Shown here one piece after another: positions 1 through 11,545 of a stretch of 64,000 nucleotides of DNA. The first letter of the stretch is position 1. Each line of letters begins with the position of its first letter. The notes under the pieces are model-generated. The model had not been told where the DNA came from. It worked only from the letters and a program-made list of their open reading frames with translations, and did no database searches. Made by a program: the position numbers and the translations under genes. The DNA is from Leptospira sp. (GTDB lineage Bacteria; Spirochaetota; Leptospiria; Leptospirales; Leptospiraceae): contig JAWXAQ010000015.1 of NCBI GenBank assembly GCA_034439575.1, positions 1 to 64,000 of the forward strand, read 5' to 3'.

Positions 1-2370
1 GAACACAGTGATTTTTTCGTTGGATACCTCAGAGTTTGATAAGAACGGTGCAATAAAATTAATTTCTGCATGAGGTATCAATCGATTTAAAAAATAAACA
101 CTTGGTTTTGAATTTTGATTCCACATAACTTTACGAAGATGTGAAGTCTCTTTCAAATTTTTAGATGAAACATAAGATTGTAAATAATTTGATTCCAGCT
201 CTTCGATACTCAGACTACCATAATAAATTATAGTACATTTATATTTTAATAAATTTTCTAATATATCTACTGCCGAGGAAGAGGTAAAATTTTCCAAATC
301 CGATGGCGAAGCATTAAAAAATCTCACACTCGTATTTTGATGCAAAGCATAATCATACAATGCAAAATCAATTTCACTTACATCACTAGTTCTTTCTTTC
401 AAAAATTCTTTTGAATTCAATATCTGAGATTCCCAAATATCTTTCGAAGGAGAAACTGATATAATCGAATGCTCTAAAAGTCGAATGGAAGACTCGAAAT
501 TTTTATCTTCGCCTTTCATCTCAATTTCTAAATGATCCCCCCGTGTAAAAATATTTATTGTGGTCCCAAAGGTAAAAAATTTTGAGGAAAGAGCACTAGC
601 TGTGTATAGGTCTGTGCCTAAATGTCTCCAATAATCTACAGCTACACTTAAGTAAGGACTTAACCAAGCCCCGTTTTCAATTATAAGTTTTAATTTATAA
701 AGTTGATTTCGGTTATTCTTTTGGTATACAAATTGGTTTCCATTTTCATAAGTTTTATAGATAATTTGTTTTTTATAGTCAGCAAACACTGGTTTTATTT
801 CAAATTCTGGTTCATTCGAATATTTTTTTGCAAATTCAGATTGTTTTTGTTCGCTAAATACTAAGGTTGAAATTTTTGGTTTTGCTATTTTGGGAATGTT
901 TCGGGAACCATTTACGGTTTCAAGAATTGTCAAATTATCTTTCACATTATCATTTACGAATAAACTTAGATCTGATTTTGTAATTTGTTTTTTAAAACTA
1001 TAAAGAGAGCTTAAAGATTTTGAATCCCAACCAGATAAAAACATTTCCGACATATGTGAAATCCTAAAATCATTCGAAAGACGATTTGATTGTAATTGGA
1101 TCATCTGATTTTCTTTGATTGCAGTTAGCAACTCTTCAGATATCTCTTCCCTTGCGATTTGATCTAAAGCTTCATTAACTACAGTTATTATTTCATCCAC
1201 TGATCCTTTTTTTGAAACTTGGACAAATATGTTTAAAATCAAAAAGTCCTTCATTTCAGAATAATTTGTATAAACTTTCTCAACATTCTGAGAATAATAT
1301 AATGAGTTATCCAGTAAGCCACTATAACCATTCGTTAATACAGTAGCTAATGTTTCGGTTAAAGCCACATCATTCGAAGAAGACTTTGGAATCTTTATAC
1401 CAAAAATAAGTTCTTTCTTTTTGTTGTTTACCGAAACGAAACTATGCGAATTTTTCTTTATAACTTTATTTTCAAAGGACAAAGCCTTCATTTCTTTTTT
1501 CTTTAACATTCCGAAGGTATTTTGTATTTCTAACAAAACTTTACCAGGATCAATGTCACCAGAAATGCAAATCGCCATGTTAGATGGTACATAATAATTA
1601 TCGAAGTATTCTTTTATTTTTTTGATTGATGGATTTTTTAAATCTTCGTCATTTCCAATTGGATTTTTCAGACCGTATGGATGAACTGGAAAAAGAAGTT
1701 CCATATAGCGATTGTATATCGCTGTTTCATCTTTGGAATACTGGAGATTTTTTTCTTCAAAGACTGCTTCCAGTTCTGTATGAAATGTTCGAAATACTGG
1801 ATCTTTAAATCTTTCTACTTCAAGAGTTAACCAATTTTTGATTTGATTACTCGGAATTGTGGAAACATAAAAAGTTCTATCAAATGTAGTAAACGCATTT
1901 ACATTAACAGCACCGAGTGACGCTTGTAAGCGGCTGAATTCTTTCGGGATAACATACGTAGCCGCTTTATTTGAGAGTTTATCAATTTGTGTATAAATTT
2001 TTTTCCTTAAAGAAATATCTTTTGTTTCTCTATACTTTTCGAAAAGATCCTCAATTTGATCTAGCAGCTTTTTCTCTTCTGAATAATTCGTACTACCAAT
2101 TTGGGATGTCCCTTTAAAAAGCATATGTTCTAAATAATGAGCAAGTCCAGTTGCATCATCCGGATCATAAGCGGAACCAGCATTAATAAGAATAGAAGTT
2201 TGAACTACAGGATTTTCTTTATTAACACTAAGTAAGACTGTCAGACCATTTTCTAATTTATATTCATGGACATAAAAGGGTTCTGTCCCCAAGTCTAATA
2301 GGTAATTACATTTAGGCTGGGTGATAAAAACCAGTAAAAATAAAAGAGTTTTTTGTGTTAGTCTAAGCAT
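1..2370 (-). CDS. M16 (insulinase/PqqL-like) zinc peptidase, runs off the left edge; absent from the ORF track
   Basis: Manual translation from ATG 2370: MLRLTQKTLLFLLVF...YKLENGLTVLL...AGSAYDPDDATGLAHYLEHMLFKGT (inverted HxxEH motif); hydrophobic N-terminus. Only the N-terminal part was translated; continuity to position 1 is assumed. Confidence 0.88.
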   Translation of the reverse strand, partial: MLRLTQKTLLFLLVFITQPKCNYLLDLGTEPFYVHEYKLENGLTVLLSVNKENPVVQTSILINAGSAYDPDDATGLAHYLEHMLFKGTSQIGSTNYSEEKKLLDQIEDLFEKYRETKDISLRKKIYTQIDKLSNKAATYVIPKEFSRLQASLGAVNVNAFTTFDRTFYVSTIPSNQIKNWLTLEVERFKDPVFRTFHTELEAVFEEKNLQYSKDETAIYNRYMELLFPVHPYGLKNPIGNDEDLKNPSIKKIKEYFDNYYVPSNMAICISGDIDPGKVLLEIQNTFGMLKKKEMKALSFENKVIKKNSHSFVSVNNKKKELIFGIKIPKSSSNDVALTETLATVLTNGYSGLLDNSLYYSQNVEKVYTNYSEMKDFLILNIFVQVSKKGSVDEIITVVNEALDQIAREEISEELLTAIKENQMIQLQSNRLSNDFRISHMSEMFLSGWDSKSLSSLYSFKKQITKSDLSLFVNDNVKDNLTILETVNGSRNIPKIAKPKISTLVFSEQKQSEFAKKYSNEPEFEIKPVFADYKKQIIYKTYENGNQFVYQKNNRNQLYKLKLIIENGAWLSPYLSVAVDYWRHLGTDLYTASALSSKFFTFGTTINIFTRGDHLEIEMKGEDKNFESSIRLLEHSIISVSPSKDIWESQILNSKEFLKERTSDVSEIDFALYDYALHQNTSVRFFNASPSDLENFTSSSAVDILENLLKYKCTIIYYGSLSIEELESNYLQSYVSSKNLKETSHLRKVMWNQNSKPSVYFLNRLIPHAEINFIAPFLSNSEVSNEKITVF

Positions 2371-2440
2371 AGCTAAATTTTAGCTACTATGGAAGATATA
2401 GAAATTATTGGCAATGAAATGTTTAAGTTAAAATGATACT

Positions 2441-2468
2441 ATCCCTAATTTTTCATGTAATTAGGGAT
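2441..2468 (-). terminator. Hairpin downstream of proS
   Basis: ATCCCTAATT-N8-AATTAGGGAT 10-bp inverted repeat 6 nt after the proS stop. Confidence 0.55.
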
Positions 2469-2474
2469 TATATA

Positions 2475-4220
2475 TTAGGCGAGTTTGATTGCAATTTGTT
2501 CTAAAAGAACCTTTCTGATTGAATCTATCTCCAAAGCTAAATCCTCAACATTAGAATAATTAACTGTTTTCTCCTCCATAGTTTTGCGATTCAAAATGGT
2601 GATTTCATTTTTTTCTAAAAATCCTTTACCCATTGTTATACGGATCGGAAATCCGATAAGTTCAGAATCTTTAAATTTAAAGCCCGGACCCAAATCTCTA
2701 TCATCCCATAAAATATCATAGCCCTTATCTTTTAATGCCTTATACACTGCCCCAATTTTGGCAATATCCTCTGGTAATTTGGCGATACTCACCAAACAAA
2801 TTTCAAATGGTGCAATTGTTATTGGCCAAAAGATTCCTTTATCATCATTGCATTGTTCGATGACTGTCGCCATACAACGATTTACGCCTATCCCATAACA
2901 ACCCATAGTTGTGTGAGTGGCTTTTCCTTTGTCATTAAGAACACTTATATCAAAAGCTTTAGTATACTTTTGTCCTAGTTTAAATATATGACCGACTTCA
3001 ATTCCTTTCTCTGCTTTAAATGCAGAATTGCAATTCGGACAAAGATCCCCTTCCCTGGCCTGTGAAAGATCAATAGAAGTTTCAGATTTTTCATCATAAT
3101 AATTCTTTAGCTTAACACCTTTTTTGTGTTTGTCGAACTCATTGGCACCTGCAACATAAACCGCATCCCAGTTGATTAGGGAATCAAATAAAATTACCAG
3201 CTCTTCTGATTTTTTAATTCCTGGTCCAATAAAGCCTGCAACCAAATTAAATTTTGTAAGTTCGCCTTGTCCCATTGGTCTTAATTCATTTGCCATTAAA
3301 TGATTTTTTAATTTATTTTCATTTAACTCTCGATCACCCGGTAAAAAAACCACGACGTACTTTCCATCAAAGGACATTGCTACAGCTTTAATGGTATCTG
3401 ATTCCTTTACGCCTAAAAATTCTGCAACTTCTTGGATTGATTTTTTGTTAGGTGTATCGATGATTTCTTCTGAGGAATCATCTGCTTCTTTTCTAAAAGA
3501 AGAAATCGTAGGCGTTTTTTCAATATTTCCGGAATACCCGCATGAGTTACAAATAGTGAGAGTTTCCTCGCCAATTGGTGAAATCACCATAAACTCTTCC
3601 GAAGCAGAACCACCCATATTGCCAGAATCAGCTTGCACTGGTATGGTGGTAAGTCCCATGCGAGAAAAAATGCGTCTATATGTCACTCGCATTAATTGGT
3701 AAGTCTTATCTAAGGACTCATCATCCAAATGGAATGAATATGCATCCTTCATAGTAAATTCACGAGATCGTATCACACCGAATCGTGGGCGAATTTCATC
3801 TCTAAATTTTGTGTGAATTTGATAGACATTGATTGGTAAGTCTTTGTAAGAACGAACCATAGGTTTGATTAACACGCAAAATGACTCTTCATGTGTTGGT
3901 CCTAAACAATTTTCTACATCATGGCGATCACGGATGCGAAACATTTCTTTGCCCATTTTGTCCCAACGACCAGACTCTTTCCAAATTTCAGAAGGAGTGA
4001 GAATTGGCAGTTGGAATTCTAAAGCACCCGCTTTGTCCATTTCTTCCCGAACGATATTTTCAATTTTTTTGAGAATGCGTAAACCAAGTGGAAGATAACT
4101 ATAGAGACCAGATGCTGACTTACGAACCAGACCAGCACGTAACATCAATTTGTGGGAAGCGACAACCGCATCTTGCGGATCATCTTTTGTAGTAGGAATT
4201 AAGTAAGAACTTGCTTTCAT
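2475..4220 (-). CDS. proS: Proline--tRNA ligase (bacterial type with editing insertion)
   Basis: GPTHEE, KFRDEIRPRFG..RSREF.MKDAYSF, GIEVGHIFKLG, MGCYGIG. Confidence 0.98.
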   Translation of the reverse strand: MKASSYLIPTTKDDPQDAVVASHKLMLRAGLVRKSASGLYSYLPLGLRILKKIENIVREEMDKAGALEFQLPILTPSEIWKESGRWDKMGKEMFRIRDRHDVENCLGPTHEESFCVLIKPMVRSYKDLPINVYQIHTKFRDEIRPRFGVIRSREFTMKDAYSFHLDDESLDKTYQLMRVTYRRIFSRMGLTTIPVQADSGNMGGSASEEFMVISPIGEETLTICNSCGYSGNIEKTPTISSFRKEADDSSEEIIDTPNKKSIQEVAEFLGVKESDTIKAVAMSFDGKYVVVFLPGDRELNENKLKNHLMANELRPMGQGELTKFNLVAGFIGPGIKKSEELVILFDSLINWDAVYVAGANEFDKHKKGVKLKNYYDEKSETSIDLSQAREGDLCPNCNSAFKAEKGIEVGHIFKLGQKYTKAFDISVLNDKGKATHTTMGCYGIGVNRCMATVIEQCNDDKGIFWPITIAPFEICLVSIAKLPEDIAKIGAVYKALKDKGYDILWDDRDLGPGFKFKDSELIGFPIRITMGKGFLEKNEITILNRKTMEEKTVNYSNVEDLALEIDSIRKVLLEQIAIKLA

Positions 4221-4239
4221 CTAAAAATCCAATTTAATA

Positions 4240-5949
4240 TTAAAAAATACGCATAACATCGTTGAATGAAACATAAAGGCCGAGACCGATGAGAAAGAAA
4301 AAACCCATTCTAAAAATCACTTCTACGGCTTTTCGATTCAAAGGTCTGCCTGTTACAGCTTCATAGGCATACAGTACAATATGTCCACCATCAGCCATAG
4401 GAATGGGTAGTAAATTCATGACCATAAGTGCTAATGAAATTTTAGCGACAAAATCCAAGTATGTAGACCATCCATACTCCAAACTGATTCCCGCAATTTG
4501 AATGATACCGACAGGACCCGACAAATTATCTTTCGGGCTAAGAAATCCGGAGAATAATAGTTTAATACCAGTTAAAGTGGTCGCGATATTGTCATAAACT
4601 TTTTTACTAGAAGAAACAAATGCGCCGCTCACAGTCGTTTCCCTCTCCTGCTTATCAGCAATAAATTTCATAGAGGGACGAAATCCGAGTAATCCAATCG
4701 GCTTTAGATTGAGATCCGCTCGGTATTTCATATTGCCAATCCAAATTTCTTTGTTTTGGCCCGTCACCTTTTTTAAATAACTAATAAAATTATCTACTTT
4801 TTGAAATTCTTCATTTTCGATTTTTAAATTGGTAAGTCTAGATTCAATCTCAGGATCATAACTATCCAATCGAAAATAAGGAACATTTAACTCTTCAAAT
4901 TTTGGGTGTTTGATATTATAGAATTCAAAAACTTGCGCCCCAAGAACAGGTATATTAACGGTAGTTAGTTCTGTTGCCCAAGGAGTGAATAATGGATATT
5001 TTTTACGATCAACGATGACAGGAATGGTTTCATTTTGATGTTTTCCAAGTTCTGCTTGTAACTCTGGAATCGTATGAACATCCACACCAGCAACCTTTAA
5101 AATTACATCACCATCTTTCAAATAACTTAAAGCACGTTTTCGGAGGCTCTGCTCGCGTTCTTGTTTTTCTTTGATTTTGAGATATTCTTCAGGTATCTCT
5201 TCTTTTCTGTTTTGCAGTATTCCTTGAAAGTATTCTGTAGATTTATCTTCCTTGTCTAAAAGCTGGCTAAGCCCATGTCCTATTTGTTCGGAATAAGTAA
5301 AAGTAGCAATGACTCGCCTTTCGCCCGATGGTTCCACACCTATGGAAGGGCGACCTCCCGCCGAATAAACATTAGGTATGATTTCTATTTGTTTGGCGAG
5401 ACCATCCCTCTCAAATTCAATTTGAATCGGGTCACCTGTTGACAAACTAACGTTTGTAAAAATATCTTCAAAATTTTCTGTTTTTTTCCCATTGACAGAA
5501 AGTATTTTATCACCAGACCTTAATCCAGAAATATAAGCTGGTGAACTGACTTGATTTGCGGCATCGATAAAGATTTTGTTGGATGCTGGACTATCGCCTG
5601 CTAAGTCCAATATAAACAAAAGAAAAAATCCCAATACAAAATTTGCAAATGGCCCACCAAGCACGGGAATCATTCTTTTTAAAGGTGGAGTCGCTAAGAG
5701 TTCGCCTGGTCTTCCTCTCTGCTTTTTACCGTATTCATCACCTTTGAAAAGCACATAACCGCCGATAGGTATGGCTGTGATTTGATAAATTGTTTTACCA
5801 ATTCGTTTTTTCCAAACCCCTTTACCGTATCCAAGCGAAAAGATTCTCGCTTCCACCCCTACAAGTTTGCCACATAACAAGTGGCCGAGTTCATGTATAA
5901 AAATAGAAACAGCTAACATTAATACAGCGCCGAGAATTAAAATAATCAT
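4240..5949 (-). CDS. rseP: RIP/site-2 zinc metalloprotease with PDZ domains
   Basis: HELGH, IPIGGYV, NLLPIPMADGGH; downstream of dxr. Confidence 0.93.
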   Translation of the reverse strand: MIILILGAVLMLAVSIFIHELGHLLCGKLVGVEARIFSLGYGKGVWKKRIGKTIYQITAIPIGGYVLFKGDEYGKKQRGRPGELLATPPLKRMIPVLGGPFANFVLGFFLLFILDLAGDSPASNKIFIDAANQVSSPAYISGLRSGDKILSVNGKKTENFEDIFTNVSLSTGDPIQIEFERDGLAKQIEIIPNVYSAGGRPSIGVEPSGERRVIATFTYSEQIGHGLSQLLDKEDKSTEYFQGILQNRKEEIPEEYLKIKEKQEREQSLRKRALSYLKDGDVILKVAGVDVHTIPELQAELGKHQNETIPVIVDRKKYPLFTPWATELTTVNIPVLGAQVFEFYNIKHPKFEELNVPYFRLDSYDPEIESRLTNLKIENEEFQKVDNFISYLKKVTGQNKEIWIGNMKYRADLNLKPIGLLGFRPSMKFIADKQERETTVSGAFVSSSKKVYDNIATTLTGIKLLFSGFLSPKDNLSGPVGIIQIAGISLEYGWSTYLDFVAKISLALMVMNLLPIPMADGGHIVLYAYEAVTGRPLNRKAVEVIFRMGFFFLIGLGLYVSFNDVMRIF

Positions 5950-7103
5950 ATGACCACTCCTTTACTATACTTATCTCTCACAAAGGCACGAGCCTCTTCA
6001 TCTTTATCGAGGAATCCTTCCCAATCATTTGGGTAAGTGATTTGAATTTGATTTAAACTTTCTTCCAGAATCTTAGGAATTTGAACAAAAGGGATTCGTT
6101 CTGCCAAAAATAATTCTACTGCGATTTCATTTGCGGCATTAAATATTGCGGGTGCAGAACCGCCAGTCCGTCCTGCTTGGTAAGCCAGTTTCAGGGCAGG
6201 GTATCTAATCGGATCAGGTTCTCTAAAGGTCAAACTTTTCCAAGAGAAAGGTTTTTTCTCAGTTAAAAGTTTAGGTGTTTTACTTGGGTAATATAACGCA
6301 TGTGCAACGGGAAATATCATATCAGGGAAACTTGTATATTGCAAACAAGCACCATCTATTGTTTCTATTATCCCATGAGTTAAGGACTCGGGGTGTATCA
6401 CAACTTCGATTTGATCATAAGAGAAACCAAACAAAAAGTGAGCCTCTATCACCTCTAATCCCTTGTTCACAAGGCCTGCTGAATCCACTGTAATTTTCGG
6501 ACCCATTGACCAAGTAGGATGATTTAATGCCTGTTTGATACTCACATTTGGGAGTTCACTGATTGGCAAATCTCTAAAACTACCACCTGATGCGGTCAAT
6601 GTGATGGCTCTGATATTAGAAGCTGGCTCTTTTTCCAATAATTGGTAAAGTGCATTGTGTTCTGAATCTACAGGTACCATGACCACATTGTATTTTTTGA
6701 CTAATTCATTTATATACGGCCCGAAGGTAACAAGCGTTTCCTTATTGGCAATGGCTATCTTTTTTCCTGCTTTAATGGCAGTTATGGTAGGGCGGGCCCC
6801 CACTGAGCCTACGATCGCCGTGACAACAGTATCCACTTTTGATAGGCTAACAATTTCATCCAACCCGTCGTATCCATAAACGATAGATGTTTGTCCCAAT
6901 CTTTCACCCAAAACACCGACAAACTCAGGTGATGTGATACAAACTATTTGCGGCGAAAATTCTTGGATAAGAGCACGAGCGAGTTCTAGATTTGAATGTA
7001 CGCTAAATGAAATTAATGCAAAATCATCTCGAAAGTTTCTTAAAACTTTGAGGGTGGATTGTCCCACGGAACCTGAAATACCAAGAACACATACACCACT
7101 CAT
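5946..7103 (-). CDS. dxr: 1-deoxy-D-xylulose-5-phosphate reductoisomerase
   Basis: LGISGSVG, ANKETLV, PVDSEHNAL, HPTWSMGPKITVDSA. Confidence 0.98.
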   Translation of the reverse strand: MSGVCVLGISGSVGQSTLKVLRNFRDDFALISFSVHSNLELARALIQEFSPQIVCITSPEFVGVLGERLGQTSIVYGYDGLDEIVSLSKVDTVVTAIVGSVGARPTITAIKAGKKIAIANKETLVTFGPYINELVKKYNVVMVPVDSEHNALYQLLEKEPASNIRAITLTASGGSFRDLPISELPNVSIKQALNHPTWSMGPKITVDSAGLVNKGLEVIEAHFLFGFSYDQIEVVIHPESLTHGIIETIDGACLQYTSFPDMIFPVAHALYYPSKTPKLLTEKKPFSWKSLTFREPDPIRYPALKLAYQAGRTGGSAPAIFNAANEIAVELFLAERIPFVQIPKILEESLNQIQITYPNDWEGFLDKDEEARAFVRDKYSKGVVI

Positions 7104-7122
7104 TGTAGATTAGACAGGAATT

Positions 7123-8034
7123 TTAGACTGGAAAACCCAGCATTCCTTTGAATTGAAAATAATAATACATGGCAGGCACGGTAAACAAAAGTGCATCTGC
7201 CAAATCAAGAAGTCCGCCGTGCCCAGGAATGAGCGCCGATGAATCTTTCATTTTTGCATCGCGTTTCATTGCTGATTCAGCTAGATCCCCCATCACTGAT
7301 AGAATGGAGAAAAAGAAACCAAGTAAGATGGATTCTATCATATTGATAGGAACTTTGAGACCTGAAAAATGTTCCCATAGAGCATTTAACAAAAATACGG
7401 CGAGCACAGCAGTTATATTTCCAACGATATAACCTTCCCAGGTTTTTTTGGGAGAAATTTTTAAACCAGCAGAGTGTTTTCCAAACCATCGACCACCAAA
7501 GTATGCACCAGCATCACTGATAAAAGTAATCGTAGAAACTAAAAAGATATAATAGGCACCAAATGGGAAAGCTAACAAAAGTAAAAAATGCCCAAGTGGA
7601 ATCGCTAGATAAATCGCACCGAGAATCGTCGCGCTCACAGAAAAGAGGGCACCATCTAGTGGTCTTCTGAAGATTTGCAAAACCCAAAGTGTAACAGACA
7701 TTACAAAAATTAAAAATGCTACGGGATGAAAACTTTCTCGTAGATGTTTTGAAATTTGTACCGTCCAAGCAGGCGGCGAAACATTGTATTGAATTCCTAA
7801 AAATTGGAAATAATAAACAGTGAATATCAGAACTGAAAAAATGAATCCCGTCAAAAAGAAAGGTTTAGAATCCTCACGCTTACAAAATGCATATAACTCT
7901 CGTAAGCCGAAAAATATTGTAACTAAACCAAAAGCATAAAACTCAAGATAATAAAATCCAGAGTGAAAGATCATAAAAACATAAGCAGTGACTAATGCGA
8001 CTGCGGATAGAAGTCTTAACGTTGTTTCACTCAT
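7123..8034 (-). CDS. cdsA: Phosphatidate cytidylyltransferase
   Basis: ISPKKTWEG, GDLAESAMKR..KDS..IPGHGGLLD. Confidence 0.96.
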   Translation of the reverse strand: MSETTLRLLSAVALVTAYVFMIFHSGFYYLEFYAFGLVTIFFGLRELYAFCKREDSKPFFLTGFIFSVLIFTVYYFQFLGIQYNVSPPAWTVQISKHLRESFHPVAFLIFVMSVTLWVLQIFRRPLDGALFSVSATILGAIYLAIPLGHFLLLLAFPFGAYYIFLVSTITFISDAGAYFGGRWFGKHSAGLKISPKKTWEGYIVGNITAVLAVFLLNALWEHFSGLKVPINMIESILLGFFFSILSVMGDLAESAMKRDAKMKDSSALIPGHGGLLDLADALLFTVPAMYYYFQFKGMLGFPV

Positions 8035-8744
8035 GTGAGACCACCAAATTTTCGTTTTCTAGTTTCAAAAAAGTGCAATGCTTCTTCCAAAGATTCACGA
8101 CCAAAATCAGGCCATAAAGTGTTTGTAAAGAAGAACTCTGCATAAGCGATTTGCCACAATAGGAAATTGGATACCCTTTGTTCTCCCGCCGTTCTGATCA
8201 ATAAGTCTACGGGAGGAAGGGGTGATGTATACAAATATTTTTCAAATTCCTTGGGCGAAATTGTTTTGTCTAAAGGGGTTTTATTTTCTTTTCGCGCCGA
8301 CTGAATGCGGGCGAAGGTGCTTAAAATTTCTTCTTGCCCACCATAATTCAAACAAAAGTTTGCGATGATATTTTTGTTCTTTTTTGTAACATCCATCGCT
8401 GTATCAATTTTTTGTAATACTTTCTTAGAAAGTTTTGAGCGATTGCCTGAGTGATGAATGCGAATTCCCTTCGCATGGATTTTATCAAGTCTTGTATCGA
8501 TAAATTCGATTAACAGATTGAAAATCGCATTCACTTCTGTAATGGGTCGTTTCCAATTCTCAGTCGAAAACGCATATAAAGATATATTTTTGATTTTGTG
8601 TTCCAGAGCGACGTCTAACAACCTGTCGATGGCGTCAGCGCCAGCACGGTGTCCCTCGGTTCTTTTTTTGCCCTGGCTTTCTGCCCACCTGCCATTGCCA
8701 TCCATAATGACAGCAATGTGTGAAGGAATGGTTTTAAATTTCAT
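8031..8744 (-). CDS. uppS: Undecaprenyl diphosphate synthase (start moved to MKFKTIP)
   Basis: HIAVIMDGNGRWA, YAFSTENWKRP, DLLIRTAGEQRVSNFLLWQ. Confidence 0.97.
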   Translation of the reverse strand: MKFKTIPSHIAVIMDGNGRWAESQGKKRTEGHRAGADAIDRLLDVALEHKIKNISLYAFSTENWKRPITEVNAIFNLLIEFIDTRLDKIHAKGIRIHHSGNRSKLSKKVLQKIDTAMDVTKKNKNIIANFCLNYGGQEEILSTFARIQSARKENKTPLDKTISPKEFEKYLYTSPLPPVDLLIRTAGEQRVSNFLLWQIAYAEFFFTNTLWPDFGRESLEEALHFFETRKRKFGGLT

Positions 8745-8760
8745 ACATAAAGAAAAATAA

Positions 8761-9312
8761 TCAGAGAGTGGTGATCTCTTTTTCTTTTTCTTTCTCAAGA
8801 TCTGCTATTTTGGCAATATAAGAATCTGTAATTTTTTGGATTTTGTCCTGGTGTCCTTTCACTTCATCTTGAGACATTTCGGCTTGGTGTTTTTTAAGAT
8901 CATCATTTGCATCACGGCGAATGTTTCTTATAGCGACTTTTTTCTCTTCCGCCTTTGACTTTACAACCTTAGCCAACTCCTTTCGTCTTTCGCCCGTTAA
9001 CTCAGGGATATTGATACGGATACTAGAACCATCGTTATTTGGAGTAAGGCCAAGTCCCGCAGAAAAGATAGCTTTTTCGATATCTTTCAACATTCCTTTT
9101 TCAAAAGGAGTGATGAGTATCATACGAGGCTCTGGAATCGCGATCTTTCCCATTTGGTTAAGTGGTGTCATCGTTCCATAATAATCAACTTTAACATCTT
9201 CCACCATCATTGGATTTGCTTTGCCAGTTCGAATGATTGAGAAATCTTTTTTAAGGGCATCCACGGTTTTATCCATTTTGCCTTGCATTGTTTTTATAAG
9301 TTCATCTACCAT
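8761..9312 (-). CDS. frr: Ribosome recycling factor
   Basis: [30 protein letters not shown]. Confidence 0.98.
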   Translation of the reverse strand: MVDELIKTMQGKMDKTVDALKKDFSIIRTGKANPMMVEDVKVDYYGTMTPLNQMGKIAIPEPRMILITPFEKGMLKDIEKAIFSAGLGLTPNNDGSSIRINIPELTGERRKELAKVVKSKAEEKKVAIRNIRRDANDDLKKHQAEMSQDEVKGHQDKIQKITDSYIAKIADLEKEKEKEITTL

Positions 9313-10048
9313 CTTCGATCACTTCCTCAGAATTTGAAATAAGAGTCCCGATATTTTCGCCACCCGCAAGTGCCTTTAAATTTCCGGATTTAAAAATATC
9401 AAAAACAATAATAGGCATATTATTATCCATACACAAACTCAGTGCAGTGGAATCCATAACCTTTAATCGATGTTTGATGGACTCCATAAAAGATACTTGT
9501 TTATAACGACGAGCAGTAGCATCTTTTTTCGGATCTGCAGTATAGACCCCATCAACTTTCGTAGCTTTCAAAATGACTTCACATCCAACTTCCACAGCGC
9601 GAAGGGAAGCCGTTGTATCTGTTGTGAAATAGGGATTTCCTGTTCCACCTGCAAATATAATGACTCGATTTTTTTCTAAATGTCTGACAGCTCGTCTGCG
9701 TATGTAAGGTTCTGCAACTGATTTCATTTCGATTGCGGAAAGAACTCGAGTGAACATACCTTGCTTCTCGCAAGCATCTTGTAAGGCGAGTGCGTTCATA
9801 ATCGTCCCGAGCATACCCATATAATCTGCGGTAGCTCTGTCCATGCCAGACTTCGCGAGTGTTTCACCGCGGATCATATTGCCACCGCCAACGACGACAG
9901 CAACTTGCAATCCCATATCATGAACTTCTTTGATTTGTCCCGCTAGGGAAAAAGTTTTGTTGGTATCAATACCGAGTTCGCCCTCTCCAGCAAGTGCTTC
10001 GCCGGAGAGTTTGATCAGAATCCGTTTGTATTTCGGATTACTGCCCAC
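9302..10048 (-). CDS. pyrH: UMP kinase
   Basis: [34 protein letters not shown]. Confidence 0.98.
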   Translation of the reverse strand: MGSNPKYKRILIKLSGEALAGEGELGIDTNKTFSLAGQIKEVHDMGLQVAVVVGGGNMIRGETLAKSGMDRATADYMGMLGTIMNALALQDACEKQGMFTRVLSAIEMKSVAEPYIRRRAVRHLEKNRVIIFAGGTGNPYFTTDTTASLRAVEVGCEVILKATKVDGVYTADPKKDATARRYKQVSFMESIKHRLKVMDSTALSLCMDNNMPIIVFDIFKSGNLKALAGGENIGTLISNSEEVIEDGR

Positions 10049-10634
10049 CTACTTGAAACCTCGCAAAACGGCGAATCGTAATGTTCTCACCAAATTTCGC
10101 GATTCCTTCTTTCAGGACATCGTTGATTGTTTTTGTGTTATCTCGAATCGATTTTTGATGGATCAAACAAATCTCTTCATAGAATTTTTTCATTTTTCCA
10201 GGAAGGATCTTTTCGATTTGATCCGCACTTTTCCCTTCTTTTTCAAGTAGGGTTTTTTGGATGCTCATTTCATTGTCAATTTCTGATTGTGGAATGCTTT
10301 CTTCACTCACATACAATGGGCTCATCGCAGTGATTTGAAGAGCAATTTCTTTACCAATAGCTTCGAAGTCCGCATTATTAGCAACGAAATCGGTTTCACA
10401 GTTTAGCTCCAGGATAACGCCTGTTTTGCCATTTCCGTGAATGTATGATATTACTTTTCCTTCACCAGTTTCACGACCTGCACGTTTCGCAGCTTTCGCT
10501 AATCCTTTTTCACGAAGATAGGTAACTGATTTTTCAATATCTCCACCATTATCTTCAAGGGCTTTTTTGCAGTCCATCATCCCCGCGCCGGTTCTTTCGC
10601 GGAGATCCTTAATTAGCTCTGAACTAACGGCCAT
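10038..10634 (-). CDS. tsf: Elongation factor Ts (short form)
   Basis: [26 protein letters not shown]. Confidence 0.98.
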   Translation of the reverse strand: MAVSSELIKDLRERTGAGMMDCKKALEDNGGDIEKSVTYLREKGLAKAAKRAGRETGEGKVISYIHGNGKTGVILELNCETDFVANNADFEAIGKEIALQITAMSPLYVSEESIPQSEIDNEMSIQKTLLEKEGKSADQIEKILPGKMKKFYEEICLIHQKSIRDNTKTINDVLKEGIAKFGENITIRRFARFQVGGQ

Positions 10635-11542
10635 TACTCTGCACCTTCTACTTTAGTTTCTGTTTTAATTTCTACTGCAACTTCGCCTTCTGCAACCACA
10701 ACTTTCGCAGCTTCTGGATCCACTGGAATGTCTTTTGGCACTGGAGGATGCTCATCATCCATAATAAATTTTCCAGACTCATCATACTCACCTTGGTATT
10801 CAAGTGCGAGTTGTTCAGCATCCATGTCTTCGCTAAAGTTAGTTTGAATGACTTCGCCACCTGTTCCTTCAAGTACAGCATTTGCCATAGTATCAAGGAA
10901 AAGGGAAATCGCACGAATTGCATCGTCGTTACCAGGAATTGGGTAATCAATAGGTTCTGGATCACAGTTTGTGTCGATCACAGCAAAAACTTTCAAACCA
11001 AGTTTTTTTGCTTCGCTCACTGCAATTTCTTCCTTTTTCGGATCGATCACAAATAAAATTTCAGGAACGCCTGCCATATCTTTAATTCCACCAAGTGTTT
11101 GGCGGAGTTTTTCCAATTCGCGTTTGAGTGATAATGCTTCTTTTTTTGTACGTGCTTCTTGTTCGAAAGAGTTGTTCTCTTCCATTTGCTCTAGCCTTTT
11201 CAAACGAGCGATAGACTTTTTAACTGTATTCCAGTTTGTAAGAAGTCCACCTAACCAACGATTGGACACATAATACATGCTACATGCTTGTGCTGCTCTT
11301 TCTATCGCACCACGAGCTTGTTTTTTTGTTCCGACAAAAAGAACCTTTTTGCCCTGGCCAGTTAGTTTTTTCAAAGCATCGTATGCTTCTTTTGTCTTTT
11401 GAACTGTTTTTTGTAAGTCGATAATGTGAATGCCATTTCTTGCCGTATAAACATACGGACTCATTTTTGGATTCCAACGACGTGTTTGGTGACCGAAGTG
11501 TACGCCTGCTTCGAGCAAGCTCTTCATAGAAATTACTGACAT
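10634..11542 (-). CDS. rpsB: 30S ribosomal protein S2 with acidic C-terminal tail
   Basis: [36 protein letters not shown]. Confidence 0.99.
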   Translation of the reverse strand: MSVISMKSLLEAGVHFGHQTRRWNPKMSPYVYTARNGIHIIDLQKTVQKTKEAYDALKKLTGQGKKVLFVGTKKQARGAIERAAQACSMYYVSNRWLGGLLTNWNTVKKSIARLKRLEQMEENNSFEQEARTKKEALSLKRELEKLRQTLGGIKDMAGVPEILFVIDPKKEEIAVSEAKKLGLKVFAVIDTNCDPEPIDYPIPGNDDAIRAISLFLDTMANAVLEGTGGEVIQTNFSEDMDAEQLALEYQGEYDESGKFIMDDEHPPVPKDIPVDPEAAKVVVAEGEVAVEIKTETKVEGAE

Positions 11543-11545
11543 ATG

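Noticed and set aside
1626-1808. 60-aa + strand ORF and the many other short antisense or out-of-frame ORFs in the track
   Set aside because: Shadows of longer genes with clear motifs
2370-2386. TAGCTAAA-T-TTTAGCTA inverted repeat at the M16 peptidase start
   Set aside because: Short and AT-rich; could be chance, and no regulator can be assigned
8745-8798. Longer uppS start in the ORF track
   Set aside because: Overlaps frr and adds an implausible poly-Lys leader; ATG 8744 fits better
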